Under the pieces are notes generated by a model. That model saw nothing but the letters and a program-made list of their open reading frames with translations, made no database searches and had not been told where the DNA came from. From Catajapyx aquilonaris (lineage: Eukaryota), in the NCBI GenBank assembly GCA_000934665.2, contig JYFJ02001086.1, forward strand, positions 1 to 64,000: a stretch of DNA of 64,000 nt. The letters run 5' to 3'. A program made the translations under genes and the position numbers. Below are positions 57,501 to 64,000 of the stretch, piece after piece. The stretch's first letter is position 1. Every line of letters starts with the position of its first letter.

Positions 57501-59069
57501 TTTTGTCTTCGGATGTCGGTAAGTCGTGGCTCTCCGGATAGTACAGATCGTGGAGATGTTTTGACGGAGTTTTGGTTGTGCTCAAATTGTCAAGGGGTGT
57601 TATTTTGGTCGTGTGCGTCACGTCTTGGCGAGGATCAGAAGCGGGATGATTCAAGATTGACAGCTCTTAGGAGTAGTTTCGGTAAATAAAGGCAGATATA
57701 GGCACAGGCCCATATTTAGACGAAAATTATGAACTGTCATATACCTCCATTGCTCATATTCCATAACTAATATGGGATGGGGTAAAAAGAGTTCCACGGA
57801 ATTAATGTGCAAGGTTTCAGTGTCCTAGAAGACTTAATTTTCCGTTTATTAAACTCTTGGAACTCGAGGTACCATCACAATAAGTAAAATCGATTGCATG
57901 TAATGAATGATGGGATGCAATAACATGAGCGCAAAGGGCAATCACACCGAAGGGAGGTCGTGGAGGCCCTCAATCATGGGCGTAAAGTCAGCATAACACA
58001 AATGCCATGGCATGAGTTGTAGAATATGATTATTTTCTGGAGCATGCAAAATGTACCCTAATATTTGAAACAGTAATAGTATGGCAACGTAATATTGTTA
58101 CAATTGGTAGGCTACTATTATATTCGTCATTATCATTCGAGGCCCTAAAATGCAGCACGATCAGAGTCACCCTGGACTGATTTCGAGATATGAAGGTTTG
58201 AAATTTGAAGATTACATTATGCCTTATGGGAGGTTTCCTTTTCAAAGATTTCTCTAAGGGAGCTGTAATAATATTCTTTCATCGGAAAACTGACTTGACC
58301 GTCAGAACGGTTCCTTCCAGTAAGTCTATTATATTAAACAGTGTCTGACCCAATTTCAACCGAAAAGTGACTCAGATCGTTCTGCAATAAAATCAGGTCT
58401 TCATTTGAATGGAGTCCGCGGATTCAGAAACCCGCGTGTAGTCATTCATTGAGGAATGGCCGCTATTAGCCTTGCTCGGCTACGTAAATATTAAATGGTA
58501 TTTTGTGCTTACTAATGAGTAATGATGGTAACGGAACTCTAAGGCTTGGTATTTGTGTTATGTATTGGAATAATTTTGCTGCAATTATCCTTTTATAGGA
58601 AAAATCCATAAACCAATGCAACCGCTACACCATGCTTTATAATTATCATCATGTTAATTCAGAAGGAGAATTCAATTGCGAAGTTTTGTCTAATATCGAA
58701 TCACAAAGCCTGAACAAATATCAATTTACGCCTCCTCTCAGTAAGTTATAGATCGTCCCCCCAAATTACCCATCTACATCATTTAATTCCAACGCGACGT
58801 GAGCTGCATGACGTTGTTACTGATTGAACAACAACAAAAATAGCACAATCATGGAACGGTACATTGCCTGCAACCCTGCATGCGTGTATGTATCCAGTGT
58901 GTCTGGTACCCAACTATTCCCAGGTTGGTCAAACATAGCAGCTGCTATATAATAATTGGGCTCCTCGATCCGAAAGGCTACAAAAATAAAAACTTCGGAC
59001 AAAATTTGTGATAACTAAATAGACCCCAAAATTTGGAACACACTGTATTTTGACAATTTAAGCATGAAA

Positions 59070-59164
59070 TTGAGACGATCATTTGTGACGGTTAGAACTA
59101 ACCGTCACAAATGATCGTCTCAACTTATCTTAATAACAAAACTTTTTGTTATTAAGATAAGTTG
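59070..59164. repeat. Two overlapping perfect inverted repeats (26-bp arms with 2-nt loop; 21-bp arms with 2-nt loop)
   Basis: TTGAGACGATCATTTGTGACGGTTAG (59070-59095), AA, then its exact reverse complement (59098-59123); CAACTTATCTTAATAACAAAA (59121-59141), CT, then its exact reverse complement (59144-59164). The two share CAA at 59121-59123. Confidence 0.97.
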
Positions 59165-62100
59165 TTGTCTCTTAACTTAGTAATACACCTCCATCCACAT
59201 AAACAATATTTCGCATAATAAGCGCCAGTGCTTATCATTTACCAGCAGGCTACATTGCTTATGTTATTGATGTACTGGGTACAGCATAATATGTGAAATT
59301 GCAGCGCTCATAAAATTTCAAGATAATTCGAGTTAAGATTTCGGGCTAATCCACTTCTTTAAACACGATGAAGTAACGCAATGCCAAATAAAAGAACGGA
59401 ACTGACTATACTCCTGTTTTCCGCCTGTCACTCCGCACGTAGAAGGAAGTCTTATTAATAACGACACGCAATTTCCCCAAAAAGCCTTCCTGAAGCCCGG
59501 CTACTTCATACACGACACCACGAAGTCCACATCACCCCTACATTGTTGCCGCACATCTGATAGCTTATCACGCAAGAGTGCAATCCACAAAAAAATCCAC
59601 AACGTATGTCTGTGTACATACCAGTACCGACCTTAATTTTCACACCCTTGATCTCTGACATGTGGTCCCCGGACAGGCATAAAAATCCGGCGATGGCGGT
59701 GCAGGCCTTTTAATTGCAAGGAAAGGCAGGCAGGGGCAGGCGATGTAATCAGGCGAGGGGCCGGATACAGCATCCCCCTGCCGAGTGGAAAAAGGGGTTG
59801 TAGAGACAGTCGGAGAGAAGGGGGTGCTCTCCTCCATGGAAATGACCGCATTTTCCGCCGAATTTCCGTCGCCGCCTGCGGAATCTCAGGATCGCCGATG
59901 AACTGTCTCTTTGCCCCGAGAATGCTCTCCTCCTTGCCCAAAAAAAGGAGGGACTCTCCTTTCCTTCCAGGTTTCTTATCTGGACCCTGCGCAGTCTTTT
60001 CTCATTTTTGTATCATGGAGTAGTAGTAGACATTATGAAATCTGTATGCAAATCAGGTCAGTGCGGGTAGCAGGGTTGCGGGGAGGGATACTATTTTGTT
60101 GTTAAATTACGCGTGCAAAACGTTGTTTGAACTAAGCCATGCGCTGGCTCCAGCAAATTAGTTTGCAACCAACTGGTCTTGTGCAAACAGGACGTTTGTT
60201 TCAGTCAACAAAGCCAATCAAAACATGAAATCTCCTTTCATCTCTAATTACGCCCCCTAAATTATCATCGCATTGCCTTCCCACTTATACCCTAATGATC
60301 TCTCGGATTATTAAGGCGGGGGAGTAAACTGGAGAAGAAGAGGTTTCGGTTGGTATGACTGAACCTTTGTTGCCAGTTTTGGGTGTTCATGGTTGCCAAC
60401 TGAGGGGTGGTGCCAACTTATCGAGTGTCAGCCAGGTCTTTGGACTTTGTTGCATCACTCGGATGCCTTTTCACTATGGTATTGCCTTTACGTACGCGGC
60501 AGCAGGGGTCCTCCCATTAGAATGAGTGATTTGTTCTGGTAGCTTGTAGCCCATGGCAGCCCTTGACAATTCCGATTCATCTTGGTCATCCGCTGGAGGG
60601 ACTAGGGGGCCAAGGACTACCTTCTTCCGAGTCCTCAACTTCTTTTCACCGTCTACCAAAGTCCACCGACGGATGAATAGATGCTCAGGGGTTCCGCGGG
60701 GTTTATAGCTCCACTCTCTTCATGCTTGAGGATCCTATTTACAAGTGATTGGGACGCCGGATATTTAACCACAAGCACTGCCCCTTTTTTTCCTGCTCGG
60801 AACCCTTACCGAAACTCTTTTTTTTTCCTATTCTTTCAACAACCATCGACTTAACATTCACAAGGACAACGCCGTTCGTGTCTTGGGTACCCTGTCGCCA
60901 CTTTTTGTGCTTTTCTCAGCAAGTTCTGCAACGGCAACTTGGGGAAACATTGATTTGTTTCTAATTAAGCAACCTCAAATAATGTCTGACAGCACTTCTT
61001 CCTCCCTCCTTGAAATGTCAATATATTTTTTTCTTTCCTCCTCCTCCTCCTCCCCCTCCTGGTCCGTGGCTTCCTAAAACTTGGTAAGGTGTTACGGTTA
61101 GTGTGGGTTAAGAGAGCCATCACGGGTACACCGTGGGTGGCGGTTGATCCTCCTCCGATTGGCCCAGAGAGGTTGGGGGGTTGTGGGGGTTAGAAAAGTG
61201 TGGGTCGGTGAACCCCATGGCCCTACCCACTCGGGCGGCTTGCGTGGCCTTCCAGCTGCCCAAGGTCCACCATACTCAAGAAGTACGGGGGGTCTCCCAA
61301 GCCTAGCGGCTTTTACACGGGAGGCGCCTATCCAACAGCATGCTGGAAAAAGAGAGAAAAAACTTGTGCTTTTGTATCAGCCAGTCGTCGCTACATACGA
61401 GCCATTCCAGACGTCTTTTAAACGCGGATATCCAGTACCGGGAGAACTGGATGAAATTTGTGTAAAAATACTTGGGAGGACTTGGACGCCAATTCTCACG
61501 TTTTGTATACAAGGCAGAAAACGCCAGCCATGTGTAAACCTCCCGGGAAACGCATGACTTGAACTCGAGATTTGAAATGTACTCACCGGAACAGGTGACT
61601 TGCACATACCTTTTTTAACTCGCCGATTTCACACACTCACACATGAGAATAGTCAATAATCCGCAAATATAGTCAAATTCCCACCCATTAGCGACAATAA
61701 ACACTTGGGTTTCCGGTTTGTGCATGGGTGTCCGTGTGTGGTCTTGGCGCCTGACGAGAAATCTCAATTTAAAGACATTTACAACCTTTTAAGTACTAAA
61801 TTACGGTGCAATGGATATGGCCTGTGAGAAAGAGTTAGCGTCTCCTGAGTTCTCAGGTGGTATTCTCTGGCCCATTGAAGGCGGTAATGTATTATCTGGA
61901 GCCCACTGTTGAGAGAACCGTTAAGCCCTGCCTGGAAGGTGGAAATGGTGAAAAATGGAGCTTAGCTACATCTCCGGTCCTTTGTTACGTTTTCTTTATT
62001 CCTTTCGGCACCACGCTACTAAATGAAATATTACGGCTACTTATTGCCGGTCGTTGTCTGCTATTCCATGTAATGCGTGTGCCAGGAAAATAATTATCAA

Positions 62101-64000
62101 ACTGCTTACGCCATACATTAACTCGCGCTTTAAATTATTACCATGGGAGAAAATGTCAATGACCAAGTGATCAAGGATCAATGGACGAAAGACGTGAGCC
62201 AGGTCTTTGACTAAAATTAGGGCCATCAAGAGTAACAACTTGCCCGGCATATTGGAAAAATAGGACATCATGCATATCCTTCAGGCCCTAGAAGCGAAGC
62301 CGAAAAGCCTCTCATAAAGTCGAGGTTCTTTGGGCCCTGTCCTTGTCTTCCCCTCTTTCCACCACTCCATCATCTTCATCCATTAGGATCTCCGGGAAGC
62401 CGAGAAAAGACGTAAATCCACTTCACTTTCCCCTGGCAATCCCTCGGGAATCATCCCGAGTGCACCGGCCTAACTTATCCTAGACCACACCCAGCGATAT
62501 TATAATCACCCGAATAATTCCATCCGGAAGTCACTCTCTTCAGAAACACCTCCTGCTTTCGTCATCTTCCCTGGTGGCGTCCGTCAAACCGCCATTAGGA
62601 TTTCATACCCGACAGAAACGCAAAGAGCGGAATTGAAAATGGCTCCTCTGGGGACATAACATCAGGCTAATTTCATCAAATGATGAATTATTAAACAGAT
62701 TTGATGTCCATTATAATAACTCTGATGTGCATCTCCGCTGCCTTGGGGTTGTGGAGTAGTCAGCTTGAAAGGTTTCCCCGATTTTTCAAAGTTCCTTTCC
62801 CCACCTTTGAGCCACATAACCTGAAACTTCCACTGCAGCATTGTCATTGGCTGGGGAGGTCAAAATTTTCTAAAACCTTACATTTAGGCACATGCCGTTT
62901 TTTTAGACAGATATTTTCTTCCGTTAATCAAATTACTGTGTTGGAGACACGCTGCACTTTTCTTATTGAAAAGGACGTGTGGTTACGATAGAAGTGTGTC
63001 GGTGATGCAGTTGTCAATTATTTGATTTACAGTTTCCTAAATGACCAACGTTTCAATTTCTGGTCGCATGTGTACACGGAAGGAACTGTAATTCGGAAGC
63101 ATTTGCCTCTTTTCATTTTAAAACTCAATTGTTCGAACTTGAACTCACAAGAAGCTAAGAGACCTGCCTTGATTCTTGGGCTGAAAGCTATTATTATCAC
63201 CACTAAAAGCATCCTCCTCTGAAAATGAGACGTTCTGGCTTTCAAAATGCACCTGGCGGCTAAGGCACGGAACATGTTACCAGCAGAGAAAGTAAGCTGT
63301 CGGGAATTTACAATGGAATATATATATTTTTAAAACTGTCCAGAGCCATTTTAAATTATCTGATCCAGTTGATCACTACTGACAACAATTCAAAGTTTAT
63401 TATACAATGCTGAAGAAACTCTAAGTGGAGTAAACGAGGTTCCAAGTTCTGTGTCCATACCATGTGAATGTCTGTGAAGATGTGAGAGTTTCCACGTAGG
63501 CTGCTCGAGGGTATGACCGATGTGTGAATCACGAGGAAACTATCGAGGCTTCTTTAGAACATGCACATACACTATGCTATCACGCAAGTATCAATTTAAA
63601 AGACAAACTTGCACATTGCATCCGCTCTTCCTCTAATCGCTCATGTAGAAAATGAAGCCAGAAAAAATATAGTGAACCAGCATATTTTGTACCGGACGAT
63701 AGCCAGCAAGTAGTTTGTTTTTCATCCAAAACGTGACGGATAAAAAAAGTGTGCCTAATTTTGTTATACTTCACGCGTTCATGAATTGAACTATACAGAC
63801 CCTAAGTTTCCGATTCCTGTTCTATATTTCACCCGATAAAATCTGGCGGACAAAACTAACGAACCACTGCACCAACAAGCGCATAAAAAAGATGAAAGGT
63901 GATTTAAAAGAGGACTCGTTAGCTCCATTGCTGGTGTTTGAACAATTCATTTATTGTAGACCACCATCACAGCTTGCTATGCTGGTCCTACCTACTTGGG

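Noticed and set aside
21500..62600. Scattered YY1/Pho-like ATGGCGG motifs suggesting Polycomb elements
   Set aside because: About nine copies noticed in 64 kb, close to random expectation for a 7-mer on two strands, and not clustered.
1..64000. Conserved bilaterian miRNAs, rRNA, intact tRNA genes and CRISPR arrays
   Set aside because: A by-eye scan found only short seed-length matches (e.g. TCTTTGGTTA at ~460, TCCCTGAGAC at ~11057, TAAGGCACG at ~63261) with no full mature sequence; tRNA-like parts belong to SINEs; no repeat-spacer array. A covariance-model search would be needed to exclude RNA genes fully.

Overview
This is eukaryotic, almost certainly animal, genomic DNA, probably from an invertebrate (CpG is not obviously depleted; it carries tRNA-derived SINEs, a Sola-type transposase relic and microsatellites). 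The species cannot be determined from the sequence. I find no intact protein-coding gene: none of the ORF-track entries (max 211 aa) reads as a complete known protein. There is no rRNA, CRISPR array or prokaryotic system. The window looks like a long intron or gene-desert segment in which GC-richer, motif-dense blocks alternate with AT-rich spacers. Best-supported features: a full-length tRNA-derived SINE with a perfect 12-bp target-site duplication (33214-33471, minus), a frameshifted Sola1-like transposase remnant (~8850-9180, plus), and two overlapping perfect hairpins (59070-59164). More tentative: a second SINE-like element (~17931-18195), a decayed macrodomain-like pseudo-exon (8235-8810, minus), and five short minus-strand ATG-to-splice-donor segments that all end in phase 0 and could be alternative first exons of an unidentified gene. 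I found no convincing evidence of a novel multi-gene biological system.
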